Assembly: GCA_964016885.1 (NCBI GenBank)
Contig: OZ024741.1
Coordinates: 170,562,001-170,626,000, forward strand
Direction of reading: 5' to 3'
Length of the DNA: 64,000 bases
DNA from: Eledone cirrhosa
Taxonomy: Eukaryota
In this document: one piece after another, positions 36,755-50,034 of the stretch
Layout of the letters: each line of letters opens with the position of its first letter
How positions within the stretch are numbered: the first letter of the stretch is position 1
The notes under the pieces: generated by a model
What the model saw: the letters and a program-made list of their open reading frames with translations, nothing else
Told to the model about the DNA's origin: nothing
The model's database searches: none
Position numbers and translations under genes: made by a program

Positions 36755-39710
36755 CTGGTTTTATAATTTCAGAAATGTTTTCCAATAGAGAAAGAGTCGG
36801 TTTCTAACATAGACACAATACTCTCTCATTGGAATGTACACAACATCAACTAGGTAGATATGTCTGCATGTCTGCATGCATGATTGTGTAGATATGGATG
36901 TTATTGTATGTGCGGATGTGATTTTTTTAGTTGTATGTGTGCATGTGTATATGCTTAGTATCTGTACATGTGTATATGCAGTTATTAGATGCAACATTTT
37001 TGGAAAATTTTCATATTTTTACTGTTCCATTAATGAATTGTACTTGCAATTTCCTAATTCGTTGTGTTCTTTCTGTTCCTGTGAAGCCCAGCTTCTCAGC
37101 ATTTGTATTGAGGCAGTTACTAACATATCTCAGTGCCCCAATAATCACAGGCATAAATCTGAAGGTATAATCAGGGTGGAGAATCTGCAGATTTCTGATC
37201 AGTTCTACATAGAAATTCTCCTTTTCACTAATCTTTGATATTATATTGGCATCTGCTGTACAGCTAACTTCCACTACTGTGCCTGCCTTCTTTTCCCTGT
37301 CCCATATCATAATATCTGGTCTGTTATACCTGCATTTTATTTGGGGTTTTTACTGGAACATTCCGGCAGTACTCTTTAATATTATGTATATGTATGTCTT
37401 CCACATTTCTGTAGCTTTTAATTTGTTTATTATCGGGGCTATATTTTCTGCGGATTGCATTGTACAGTGTTTGGTCCATTACAACATGCCTCATAGGTAG
37501 ATAGTACCGCGATGACATCTTTGGACAACTGCTTATGACTTGGTGACATCTTCGATGTTAATTCAGCAGAGTCTGCACTTGTTATTACATCCAGGTGTTT
37601 TGCCTGCATCCTTATCTCTTTTGTGAATCAGGTAATTCATGTTGATTTCCTGTTCTTGGATTGCAAAAGCGTACCCTTCAAAGTGGAAGCCAATATAGCG
37701 GTTGTTGGTCCAAGATAGACTACTTTCATTATCTATTACTCTCACTTTGGAGCTTCCTGGCAACATATCCATGCATGATTTTTTTGCTGATAAGCATGCA
37801 GTTTTTCATACATGGATTCACTGCGATACTACTGAGCGACCTCCCTGGGCGTGAGTTTTTGATTACCACACAGGGAATACTTCTCGAGGATTTCCTTCCC
37901 AACTCTCATGATCTTATGTGTTTTATGCAGATAGACTTGCTCGAGAGACGGGCTCCTACGCTTTGAGATTCGTAGATGTAGGAGGGATATGATTCGAAAT
38001 TCAAATGCTGTCTGGACTGATGTTAGGCCTCTGCCCCCTGCTTACGATTCAAGTAAAGGCGGTCTATGTCACTGTTGATGTGGAAGTTTCCGGTGTTGTT
38101 TAGTATTTTTTGAGTTCTAACGTCAATCGCTCGGATTTCGTCTATCGTCCAATTGAGTATTCCAAAAGTTGGTGTTAGCGCAGCAAACACATTGTGAGCT
38201 ACTGTTTTGTTTTGCGCAGAGAGTTCCGATGGCCATATCTTTCTTAATCGGATGTAGTATTGCCTGGTTACGCGTTCCTTATTACAGATACCTTTATAGG
38301 ATATGTTCTCATCTATCCCCAGGTATTTGTAGCAGTCCTCATCAGATATTGGAGAAACAGTTAGGCCATTGATACAAATGTTATTAGATTGGATTGTTGT
38401 TTTTCCCCGCTTTCCATCATATATGAGCAAGTATCTTGGCCAAACTCCATTCCTATATCCTTTGAGAACATTGTAACCAGGTCAAGATTTTTCTTCGTCT
38501 CATCCATGTTCTTGGCATAGAGTTTCAGATCATCTACAAAGAAAGTATGGGTTAGGTTTGTATTTCTGTCCTCCCCTGAGCCAATGATGTATCCTTCACA
38601 TTTCTTGAGCAGAAAGGACAAGGGGGTTTAATGACAGGATGAATAATATCAGAGAGAGACTGTCTCCCTGAAATATACCCCTGCGGTATTTTATTTTATC
38701 AGTGAAAATAGAGTCCTCCCTCTCTGTCTTTAACTTTAGGATAATAGCCAAAGAAGAGACAGCTTCTCTATGGCTCTGATAATTATGTCTGGGCCTTTAT
38801 CAATCAAGAGTGGGGAACAGAATCGAAAGCTTTCCTATAGTCCAGCTAGACTGTAGCCATATTCCTCCTAAGTTATCGCACCTTCGACATCAAAGTTTTG
38901 TTGATTAGGAGTTGTTCAGCACATCCCCAAACCTCTTTCTTTCCAGCTGCTTGTTCATCTGTGATGATGTTATTATTTTCCCAGTAATCTTGGAGGAATA
39001 GGTTCAGGCAGGCTGTATACATCTTATACATCAGGTTCTGGCATGCAATGGGTCGGTAATTTTTTGTCAGGTGGGTGACTTTGTTCTTGGGGACCAGTAA
39101 TGTTTGTGCTAATGTCAACCATTCTGGTATAATTGTATCTCCCTTAAGAACTTGTTGGTAGACGTCAGTAAGGTACCTCCGATAGAATATCATTTTTTTG
39201 TACCAGTAGCTGACAATCATATCTCTTCCTGGTGTTTTTTCATCTTGGAGTTTTCCTATCACAGCCTCAAGGGTACCCTTACTTATTTTGTATCTTTTTG
39301 TTGTAGTGTAGGAGCAATAGTTCTTTTGGATTTCTTTTAGCCACACTGCATCTTGATTGAAATTCTTCTTCTCACCCCATATTTTTCTCCAAAAGGAATC
39401 TGTCTTTCTGGGATGGGGCGTCAGTGACACTTATTATTTTGCCCTTCATATCTTTGGTTTCCTCTGAATTATTTATTAAGCACTTTTCTTTCATCTACCT
39501 TCTTCAGGTATCGGCGTCTTTCGCTAACAGCTCTCAATTCTTGTTTGAACGTGATCAGCTTATATTGAAGAGTTCTGGTTCTACTGTTACCAAACATCGT
39601 CTCTATTTTATTTTTCATTCTTTGTTGGTGAGGAGTGAAGTTTTGTTGTGTTTGTTTGAATGTAAGGAGCATGGTCACATATCCTATGGTGTTTCGTAGG
39701 TCAGCCACCT
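36755..39710 (-). mobile_element. R4/Dong-clade non-LTR retrotransposon (RT, CCHC finger and RLE), decayed; 3' portion
   Basis: KTPGRDMI..YWYK; NYRPIAC.N.MYK; EQAAGKK...GCAEQLLIN; GIFQGDSLS; HTFFVDDLKLYA; YKYLGI; AIQEQEI; CRLC; RH; PDI.IWD...VEVSC...K..EK..FY. Confidence 0.88.
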
Positions 39711-39732
39711 TTTTATCTGTTTTAGTTATATA

Positions 39733-40057
39733 CTAACAGAATGGCCCGGCGTTGTTCGGGATTTGCTCTAGGGTTCTTATATATTTGATATATATTTATC
39801 CTTATCGAGCCTCGTGAAATAAATACGTTTGTTTATATTTTGTTATTGTGTATGCAAAAATATCTGTACACGAATAAATAATTATATATATAACAGTACA
39901 GAGAAGTACAAATATCTCGGCCTCGGGAAGGTGTCTAAACTCGTCGTAGATTACCAGAGTTTTTTCCGTGCGAAGAAAATCACTACTTTATCGCGAAAAA
40001 AATACGTCTGTTTATATTTTGATATTATGTATGCAAAAATATCTGTACACGAATATA

Positions 40058-40118
<61 letters not shown>

Positions 40119-40219
40119 CAGATTACAGTTTAAGCAAAGAATCGCTTAACGGGATCTTCTGAAACTAAAAAAATCAATCTGTGAACGCAGAAGTAAATAT
40201 TTCGAAAAACGTTACACAC

Positions 40220-40250
<31 letters not shown>

Positions 40251-40567
40251 TATATATACATATATACACACACACACACACACAGCGTCATAATGTCGTA
40301 ATGCTAACAGTCAGACATACAGACAGATATTATAAGGGCGCAACGTTATATCTATGTATCTATCTAAAAAGAGAAAGACTAAGAATTATCGTAAATCGCC
40401 TAATGGGGTCCCTAGGGCATAGACAATTTGAAATGTCATTTGCTCAAAACACTCACAGGCCCATAAGTATTACATGTGTAAAGTTTGAAAACAATCGGTT
40501 GGGTGGTTCTCGAGTTTTAGTGAGCGGACATACAGCGGACAGACATTCTCTGTTTTAGTTATATAAA
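39733..40567 (-). mobile_element. Non-autonomous Helitron (family H1)
   Basis: Minus-strand 3' end cccgaacaacgccggg-ccattctgTTAG|t resembles the autonomous Helitron end at 55205-55232. The 5' end reads tatataactaaaacagagaatgtctgtc. Confidence 0.75.
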
Positions 40568-40729
40568 GTAGCAGAATAGCCCGGTGTTGCTCGAGATTTG
40601 CTCTAGGGTTCTTATATATTTGATATATATTTATCCTTATCGAGCCTCATTAAATAAATACGTTTGTTCATATTTTGTCATTGCGTATGCAACTATGTCT
40701 GTACACGAATATATAATTATATATATATA

Positions 40730-41850
40730 GTGAAAGAATGAAGTGTAACATCGTTGGCTGTACAACAACAGGCTTTATTTCAGGTATTGACAATTGCTTC
40801 ATTGATCAGGTAGGTCTAGCGGTCGCTAATCGCTTGAAGTTGCGTCACTCGATCTCCATTACATTACTTACCTCTGATCAACACATCAGAATACGAAGAT
40901 ATAAAAATAACTCACTCGAGGCAAGATGTATATAGAAGAGTAGCGTATAATCAAAACAATAACATCAATAATAAAATATATATGGTAAATAGGTAGAGAA
41001 GTTACAGATGTAAAAATAAAAAGTAAAAGATGAGAAAAGATACATTAAAAAAGTAAGAAAATAAGAAAATGGAAAATATAAATAAATAAATAAGGATAAG
41101 TGAGAGCATATAAGTACAGAGTATGCTTGTGGTCGTGTTGAGTAAGTGTTCTTATAAGGGCTCTTTGGTGGGTTTAGTGCTAACATGAAAAGCCAAATTC
41201 GAAACATATATAGATAAGAGTAGAGAGTCTGATGTAGTGACATATAAAAGAAAAAAGAAAAAGCAATAAATTAGAGATTAATTGGGGGATACAAGTATGA
41301 GATTTAAGGGCTAAGGGTGGATGGTGAAGGATGGTTTGACAAATGTGTGTGGTAAATGTTATGCTGATTGTCTTGTCTTAATGGGGTTGATGCTGTTTCA
41401 GGGAAAGAGGGTGAAAGAGATTTATAATCTAGTGACCTGTTGGCCGTTTGACAGTTAATAGCAGTGTGATGGTGTATATTCCATATGCTAAAATCCAGGT
41501 GGTTCAGTACTAATTTTGGGATTGCTGGTTCGAATCACGGTGGTTTGAAGTTTGTGAATCTGGTAGCTATTTTATGCCTACAGAAAATTGATCTTTCTAT
41601 TTTGCTGTTAAGCAGCATCTTAACGTACCTTAAAATATGGAATAGTTCTAAATTACAAAGTCCGCAGTGGGACATTCCTTTGCCGTAGGCACTTGCTACC
41701 GATAATTTTGACGAGCTAATCTTATATTCCTGGTTTGTGTTTTTAAGCTGCCACATTTTATTGGCGAGCGTCGTAGAGTTCTCCAGTCTACGGTTCTTCA
41801 TTGAGTGTCTGTGGAAGTACCACCTTTTCTTCAACTCCCCAGCTAAATCG
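40730..41850 (-). mobile_element. Hydra-type PLE 3' end (GIY-YIG C-terminus, 3' UTR, hammerhead) nested in a Helitron
   Basis: LKKRWYFHRHSMKNRRLENSTTLANKMWQLK...YKI...CGLCNLELFHIL...LLNSKIERSIFCRH. Confidence 0.8.
40784..40894 (-). ncRNA. Type I hammerhead with long (~80-nt) stem II and two core substitutions
   Basis: Reverse complement reads gtatt CTGATGT gttgatcagaggt...ctacctgatcaat GAAG c-aatt-g TC aatac. Confidence 0.65.
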
Positions 41851-42283
41851 CTAAATGCGGTCCGTAGGGCATCGAAAATTTGAAATTTCTTTTGCTTAAA
41901 CACTCGCAGGAACATAAATATTACATGTGTAAAGTTTGAAAACAATCGGTTTGGGTGGTTCTCGAGTTTTAGTGATCGGACATACAGACAGACATTCTCT
42001 GTTTTAGATATTAGTTGATGGTATTTTTGGTTGGTGTTTTGTTCTTGTTAATATGTGCTATCAATAAGTCGTTGAAAGGGTGATTTGGTGGGGGTTGTTT
42101 TCCTGTCCTTCTAATATCGCGTCTTTACACCAAGTAGATTTTCTTTCTTTAATTTTTTTCTTTTAAAAGGCGTTGATTTGCCAAAATTTGGGGGTTTTTT
42201 TTTATCCTTCTTGTATAATATTCATCCCCTATTTCGTCAATAACACGTAATATTTCATTATTTGTTTTCTTTTTTATTAAATA

Positions 42284-43178
42284 CTAGCAGCAAAGCCCGG
42301 CGTTGCTCGGGGTCGCTCAGTAGCTGTGTTAAAGTTACAATGTTAAGTTTCTTTCTTGGCTTAAAAACTGTAGTGTCTACTGTGCAGACTTGCATGTGGT
42401 GTTTTTGATTAATATTCCCTCAACCAACAATATGCCTTATGAAGTTAAGAAAACATAACGATAACCCGAATGTTATAACAAAAGAGGATGCTGGGGATAG
42501 AAACTGCACTGGTTATTTATTAACAAAGATCGAAAATGTAAACACTGCAACGCAGAGAAAAACATTAGCGTAACCAAATTATCAGTTATGTCTGTCTGCA
42601 CGCCTATATGACCTCTCTGCACGACTGTCTGTCTGCACGCCTATATCACCTCTCTGCACGACTGTCTGTCTGCACGCCTATATCACCTCTCTGCACGACT
42701 GTCTGTCTGCACGCGTATATCACCTCTCTGCACGACTGTCTGTCTGCACGACTGTCTGTCTGCACGCCTAACGACGAAATATTTGCTTGTTTTACGTAGT
42801 CTTTAAATAGACTTGTTTTCAAGTAAAAATATTGTTTTAAAATGCTTTTAAATGGAAATGAAGCAAAACGGAAGCTTAGTGTTCGAACTGATGAATTTTG
42901 CAGGTCAATATTTTGCTGGCTCGTAATTTTTTACGTAAGACGCTCAATGTAAACAGAACAAAGGGAAATAACTGATAACTTACGCTCAAAAATCGATACA
43001 TTATATTCGATTTCGTCACATAGGGTGGGTCAATTTGAAATTTTTTTTTTCCGATGTCTTCGCTAGGGCTCAATGTACAAGTCTAGCAATTTCGGTGCAA
43101 TTCCGTGAGAGATTCTAAGAGGAGATGTGTGCCAAAAATCGATAGACAGACAGACAACCACAGTTTTATATATATAGA
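42284..43178 (-). mobile_element. Non-autonomous Helitron with canonical termini and internal minisatellite
   Basis: Minus strand reads A|TCTATATATATAAAAC ... ccccgagcaacgccgggctttgctgCTAG|T. Confidence 0.88.
42590..42770. repeat. 37-bp minisatellite (about 4.7 copies) inside the Helitron
   Basis: Unit tgtctgtctgcacgcctatatcacctctctgcacgac, period 37. Confidence 0.92.
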
Positions 43179-43179
43179 T

Positions 43180-43870
43180 TGTTCTTTTAATACGTTCAGC
43201 AAGAGAAATGTTTATACATGAAAGATTTCGTTGAGGGAAATTTTCAATTCTTTATACTTTTGATTATTATCATTATCGATAGTATTTTCCCCAATAGTCG
43301 AGGTAGACTCGGATGGTACACGTAGTGTCAAATTTCTTCGATTATTATTATTATTATTTCTTCGATTATTATCGATAGTTTTTTCCCCAGCCTTTGAGGT
43401 AGACTTAGATGGCACACGTGGTATCAAATTTCTTACAGGCATAGTTGTTTCTAGGCACTGTTCGACCTAGCTACTAGGAGGTCTAGTAGCATGGTGACCT
43501 GTAGCACGTGTTGTGAAGTGATTCAGCTCTGGGTGTATTTCGACCCAGTGTAGCTTCATTCCGTTCATATAGCCAATGGAGGGATTGTTTTTTGCCATTT
43601 TATAACAATTAAAAAAAGTTCGCACCTCCAAGAGAAATGCGATTTATAATTTCGGTTTCTTCTGTTGCTACAACTGAATGCATTTTGTTTACCTTTCTCG
43701 TTTTTTTTCGGTATTCCACTGATGTTGTTTTTGATGTTGTGTTCAGCCATGCTGTTTGTAGCAAATACTTGTAAAATGAATTATGCATTTATCTCTACGA
43801 ATTTGAATAAAAGGTAGCTTCCGTAGATATAGTTAGAAGAATATCCAATTATTCAACATGACTGGTTTGT
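43180..43870 (-). mobile_element. Probable 5' end (UTR and ORF N-terminus) of the R4/Dong-like LINE
   Basis: Minus strand gives MAEHNIKNN... and, in another frame, FNCYKMAKNNPSIGYMNGMKLHWVEIHPEL, resembling the R4/Dong N-terminal CY..A.....GY..RM...W motif. Same strand as 36755-39710 and flanked by (TACA)-like repeats. Confidence 0.6.
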
Positions 43871-44108
43871 GTATGTATGTGTGTGTGTATATGTATGTAT
43901 ATATCCATACAACCATGTATCTACGTGTTTCTATCTCTCTCTATCTCTCTAACTCGCTCTGCATATATATCTATATATCTATCTCTCTATCTCTCTATCT
44001 CTCTACCTACCTACCTACCTACCTATCTATATAGCTATCTGTCTATCTATCTATCCATCCATTTATCTATCTATCTCTCTCTCTTTCTTTCTTTCTCTCT
44101 CTCTCTCG

Positions 44109-44247
<139 letters not shown>

Positions 44248-44869
44248 TGACGGCTATATATACATATGCTTACTATTATGAGTTTTAAATAATATTCAAT
44301 TGAAATTAAATATTTCTTATACAGTAAGTATGCATATATTACATTCTTTCCCACGTCAACGGACGCATATCGATGTCATTTGAAAATTTATCTTAATGTC
44401 GGCGAAGTCGTTAGGGCATAGAAAAACGAGCCTAATCAAAACTTTAAACAACCTTTTCAATCAATCTAACATGATAGTAAGATATCATAAATTCTAATTA
44501 TACACATTTTAATACAAAATGTGCTTTTATCCTTCATTTGGAACATTATGTGTATTCAATTTAACATCTCATTTTCTGCACCTCACAGTCCGTGCAGTGA
44601 AATCAGATCCTATTTGGTGGCTTAATCATTAAACCTACATTCACGTATTTGTTTCTTCTGGTTGCCAGTCTAGGGATATACGCTCTCATCAACAATTATA
44701 ATTTGCGACAATTATAATTTTAAATAAACCAAAAGAATATTGGTCACATATAACAATGTGAGCACATCAACATTTTTGCGCATTTCACTATTAGATGATT
44801 TATATTTTTTATGAATTTTCAATTGTTATTTCACATATGTTTTTATTTTCACTGTTATCTTCCATTATT

Positions 44870-45040
44870 TTATTGGCAACATCGGTAGAGCATCGGACAA
44901 CAGAGTTATGGTCCTTTACATTCTGGGTTCAAATCCTGCTGAGGTTAACTTTGCCTTTCCTCCTTACGGCGTCGATAAAATAAAGCACCAGTAATGCACT
45001 GGGTAATTGCTGGCCTTGTGCCAAAATTAGAAACAATTAT
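44870..45040 (+). mobile_element. SINE family A
   Basis: A/B boxes, core and tail. Confidence 0.88.
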
Positions 45041-45422
45041 TTTATAAATGTGTTTATGAAGTAAAAAAAAACTGTTTGATGTTTTATTAAATGTATATAT
45101 ATATTTAGTTGTAAAAAATAGTTTTATGTGTAGTCGTTCACGAATATTTAGTAGCTGGATAGAAGCTATTCAATGTGTATTAGTAAGAGAATGTAGTTTA
45201 CAATCGATATAATGGTACATAAAATCATTTAAATCAATCCTAATACTTGGCTGGTACATCTTTATTTGAGATAGGCGGAAAAAGAAACCAAATCAGTCTG
45301 AGCGACATTTTGAACTCAGAAGATTAATAAGCATGTAAGTAAGTTCAAAAACTGAAAGTCTTTGTCCAACACTCTACAAATACTATCATACAACGCACTT
45401 TCTCACGTCCACCTTCCATTTA

Positions 45423-45771
45423 TCTATATACTACTAAAACTCTGTGATTGCTTGCTTGCTTGCTTGTCTATAAAATACAGCCAAAAGGGCGCATAATGGG
45501 AAAATACTTTGAAAGGAAGTTGACCCTGAAATGGGAATACAAATGGAATAAAACAAGTTTCGCGTAAATCGGAGAACAGATTCCTGAGAATTTTGGGTTT
45601 TCTGGGTACCTTCATAAATAACCAAAACGGTGCATAATGGGAAACTACAATGGGATTACACACGGAATAAAACAAGTTTCGCGTAAATCGGACCACGCGC
45701 TCCCGAGATACGTTGTTTTTTCGGGTACTTTGAACTATTGGTGACCCAACGGGTCACGGGTAGTATACTTG
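45423..45771 (+). mobile_element. Non-autonomous Helitron (family H2)
   Basis: A|TCTATATACTACTAAAAC, hairpin gtgaccc-aac-gggtcac, CTTG|T end, and an internal direct duplication. Confidence 0.82.
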
Positions 45772-46573
45772 TAAATAACGTTTTCCAAAATTATAAATTC
45801 TCAAGAAGGATTACAATTGATTATTGTGCTCTTCAATATAATGCTGTCACTTATTTATCGGCCTATGATGCATGTTACTATATAACCTAGGTCATTTGGA
45901 TTAACACGCCAATGATTTTACTGTTGACAACAATTTGTGCTCTCCAGCGTGCGTGATGTCATAAGAAAACACGTGTCCGATTAACTAGACACCAAAATAT
46001 TGCTAGCACTTACTATGAACATCGAGCAGAGTGAAGTTTAAAGTCACCACAAGAGGGATTTGATATCATAACTCAAAGGTAACGTATCCACAAGCAAAAC
46101 TCAATAAATAAAGTCATTTGTTAAGCATACTTTGGTGCATATTTTAACACCAAGAACTCACTCAGTTTATGCACCATACTTGAATTTTTTTTAAAAGCAG
46201 AAAATAAATTGGAAAAATATTAGTGAAGAAATTTTCCCGAGGACTTTCATAACGAAAGAAACCATTTAACAAAATTTGATTAATTCCTGAGAATTTCAAT
46301 AAATTCTCGACCTCATGCCAATATTCCGTTGAAAGTGAAGAATTAAATCTTCAACATTATGGTTTCGGAAAATCATTTTCACGATTTTTTTTCATAAAGC
46401 TAATGTGTGTTTAGCTATTTGTGAATAGGTGCATATGTATAAACTTACTTATATATGGATGTGTATGTATTTATGCGTGTAAATATATGTATATGCATGT
46501 AAACACACACACATAGTATATATATGCACATAAAAACATATATATATATATTTTTACGTATACCCACCCACCC

Positions 46574-46663
<90 letters not shown>

Positions 46664-46832
46664 TTGAATATATAGTTACACACAGACAAAGATATGCTTA
46701 TGTGCATATGTGTGTGTGTAAACTATTTTTCATCAGATAGAAATTATAATTATTCATTATGCAAATCTCTCTGCCATTCATGAGGAAATGTGCAAAGTTA
46801 AACAATGACTGAGATTATGGAACATATATATA

Positions 46833-47400
46833 TTTTAGGAGATGGCCAGTGCTCTGACGGACTCATCTTCTTCCCATTCGAAGAGGTAGATCCCTCATCT
46901 GGGAAGCCACCTGATGCAACACGTTCCCGCTTTCAGCTTAGTCGCTTCGGTCACAAACTCCGGCACCGCAGCCCGCTTCGCCGAAGAAGGTAAAATAAAC
47001 AAATACCGGGATTTGTGTAGCCGTCCAGACCTTAGGCGTACTTGGACACCGTACCGCCGAGGTCCTCAGCGTCGGCGGCCCGTCTGAGGAGGGAGCCCCG
47101 CGAAGTTGGGTGGCTGTTGCAGCGGGTGTCACTGGCTAGCATCCGTGGGAATGCTTTTGACGTCTTGTCAGCGGGGCGTAGCACATCTGCCCACATGCCC
47201 TTCGCCCAAAGACCAATCACCCCCTCTCTTCTACGACACCAGAGCTCTTGCCATCCCCACCCCTTCCCGTTCTTTTTTTCTTTCTTTCTCTCTTTTTTTT
47301 TCTTCATTTCCCTATTCTTTCTTTCCTTTTAGTTTCCTCTTTTTTATTTTTTATTACTAAATAAGGTTTGTTTTTTTGCTTTTGAATAAATTTGTTTTTG
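46833..47400 (+). mobile_element. CRE-clade LINE 3' end (RLE domain and T-rich 3' UTR)
   Basis: DGQCSDGLIFFPF / RGRSLIWEAT / GTAARFAEEGKINKY / VQTLG / PREVGWLLQRVSLASIRGNA, the CRE C-terminal signature QR.S.A..RGNA. Confidence 0.82.
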
Positions 47401-48555
47401 GATTCTTACGGAGCTCAGTTTATGTGTTACAAATGAAAAAGTCACACTGAGAGTATCGCCGGTTTGTATTAAAGACGGATATGATTCCGTTCAAGATCTT
47501 AAACATAAACTATAATTTTTATTCATAAATTCACCGTTTCACAGGACTTAAACCTAACAATCTGTTAAATTCAGTACCTTGCTTGAAGAATAAAGCCTTC
47601 TCCTCTCGAAATGTGAGATATGAAGATTAATAATTTAATTATTTATTTGAATATGAACACAATAAATAATAAATTGTTCTGTAATATATGGATGTCTTGT
47701 TAACTTATACCAATGGATTACAAGTTACTTCTATGCGACTTTCCAACATTTTCAAAAGTTTATGCATCCATATTTAACTGAACGATGGATGTAAAGAGAT
47801 GAGTGAGAATATGTTTCTTTTATAGAATTACAGCAATTAACAACAATAATTGGTTAAAGATAGTTTAAACGCTGCTTTGATTATCTTCGGAAGAGGAGTA
47901 ATCCAATTGTGATATTTTCACATGCAGCTTGCTAGGAAGATTATTAAACGAAAACGACAAGTCGCAGATGATACACGTAATGGTCAGATAAACTTGCACG
48001 AAAAATCAAAATTAGAAAAATGTCTAATGTCTAGTAGGTCAATTAGAATTATTAGTAGAATTTATTTTCACCCAAATAACGGATTTGTAGGTGAATAATT
48101 TATTTGATTTGTCGAAAATGCCTTGAATGAATTATTTATTTAAAATTTGCACCATTATTTCCTTATTGGTATCAATTCTTCTAAACAGAAAACAATATGC
48201 TTCTATGGGATTCTCCAATATACAAATAAACGTTTAACCGGACAAAACAGTGAGGAAGAAGGGAGGCAAGATGGGCTGAGAAAGACCGATATGTAAATAG
48301 AAGTAATCTGAGTGAATGAGGAAATGAGTGGGGAAAATTAAAATCATATCTATTAACGCCATTGCAGCTGTACAGAGGACCATTCCGTGATTCACTCGTT
48401 ATTACCGGAAGGTGATGAAGAAAGCACACACAATCACACACACATACACTCACATTCACACACACACATACACATTCACACATATACACACATACGCCGC
48501 ACACATATATACCTACGTAGTCTAGTCACACATACATTCAAACATATATATACAT

Positions 48556-48641
<86 letters not shown>

Positions 48642-48643
<2 letters not shown>

Positions 48644-48700
48644 CTACCATTAAAGCCCAGCGTTGCTCGGGGTCAGTAAGTTACCAGAGCTAGGTTCCAC
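48642..48700 (-). mobile_element. Helitron 3' terminus (upstream extent unresolved)
   Basis: Reverse complement reads ccccgagcaacgctgggctttaatgGTAG|t. Confidence 0.6.
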
Positions 48701-49243
48701 CACCCATTTTATGGCAGCACTTTTTTGTCTGCCAGACACTGGGTGAATGAATTGCAGACCTGGACTGCCGAAGCAGGAGCTGCGCCAGCAGTGACAATTG
48801 TAGTTTCGCCTATGGATATTATCTCTGTGCAAAGAAGTCTTGACATTTATTGTTTCACAGTACTTGCGCAACACGCGCGTAGACGATGCCATCCGAACAA
48901 CAGAGCTGCGATGGAGTTGTTCTGCATGGTTGTCTAATGTGTGTTTTTTAAATTTAAGGCAGTAGGGAGGGGTGTGATATGGGGAGAGTTAGCTGCTGTT
49001 TCTAGCAGGTTTAGTGACCTCACAGAGGATATTATTGTGTATAGTAAATGAACTGATACTTCTTTCTTCCATGTTCGTTGATAGATGTTTTAAAAAAGAT
49101 TTATCGTTATTTCTTTTGTTGTTGAATAAATTTAACTGTTGCTTTTGAATAATTGTTGTTTCATATGAAATGTAATAAATTCTCTTTGTCATTGAAGGAA
49201 ATAAATGTTTGACCGTTTCACACTCAAAAACAAACGTTCTCTC

Positions 49244-49257
49244 TCTCTCTCTCTCTC

Positions 49258-49328
<71 letters not shown>

Positions 49329-49331
49329 CTC
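49244..49331. repeat. (CT)n microsatellite
   Basis: Direct reading. Confidence 0.97.
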
Positions 49332-49673
49332 TTAAAGTTTGTAAGTTTAATCCTATATAAGATAAAGTTGCAGCATGTATGTAGTTTCAACGAAATTTAA
49401 GGGGAATGGAGAGGGTAAATCTGATTGTATTAGAGGGAAAACGTCATGTATTTAGTTTTATCGATTATTTCCGTAATTGTTGGTGAGTTTGAATGAAATA
49501 AATAGTCGTTGACCTAAGTTAGTCCACTTACAACCATCTTACAGATCTTGAGACGAATTAGTTTGAAATTGTGCAAATGTATAAACATGGAACATGCACC
49601 CACACAACAACAACAATCTGCATTTTATAGATAATGATATATATACAAATATACACACGCACAGAGAGATGTA

Positions 49674-49708
<35 letters not shown>

Positions 49709-49709
<1 letters not shown>

Positions 49710-50033
49710 CAGTTGTCCTTCGTTATTTGCGGGGGTTATGTTCCTATAGTACCCGCGAAGACAGAAAAACTGCGAATATTGGACTTGGTCTATAAAAATG
49801 CCTATAAAGCTCAAAAGATAACGTAAAATATAGGCCGGCAAATACGGTATATTGTAAATAATTTACCGTTATAAACCATGAAAAATATATATTGCCACGA
49901 AAAAAAAAACATAAAGGAATGGCAGAAGATATTTAAAATTCCGCAAATATGCGGTGGTTTCAAGAATAATTATTAGTTAGGTTCTAAGTAAAAATCAGCA
50001 AATAACCGGGACCGTGAATGTTGGGGGTCACTG
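49709..50033. mobile_element. pogo/Tigger-like MITE
   Basis: Imperfect TIRs cagttgtccttcgttatttgcgg / ccgtgaatgttgggggtcactg(TA). Confidence 0.5.
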
Positions 50034-50034
50034 T

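Larger units (their letters stand above)
40568..42012 (-). mobile_element. Second tandem copy of the same non-autonomous Helitron, with a nested PLE
   Basis: 40568-40730 repeats 39733-39890, and 41918-42008 repeats 40468-40560. Confidence 0.75.
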
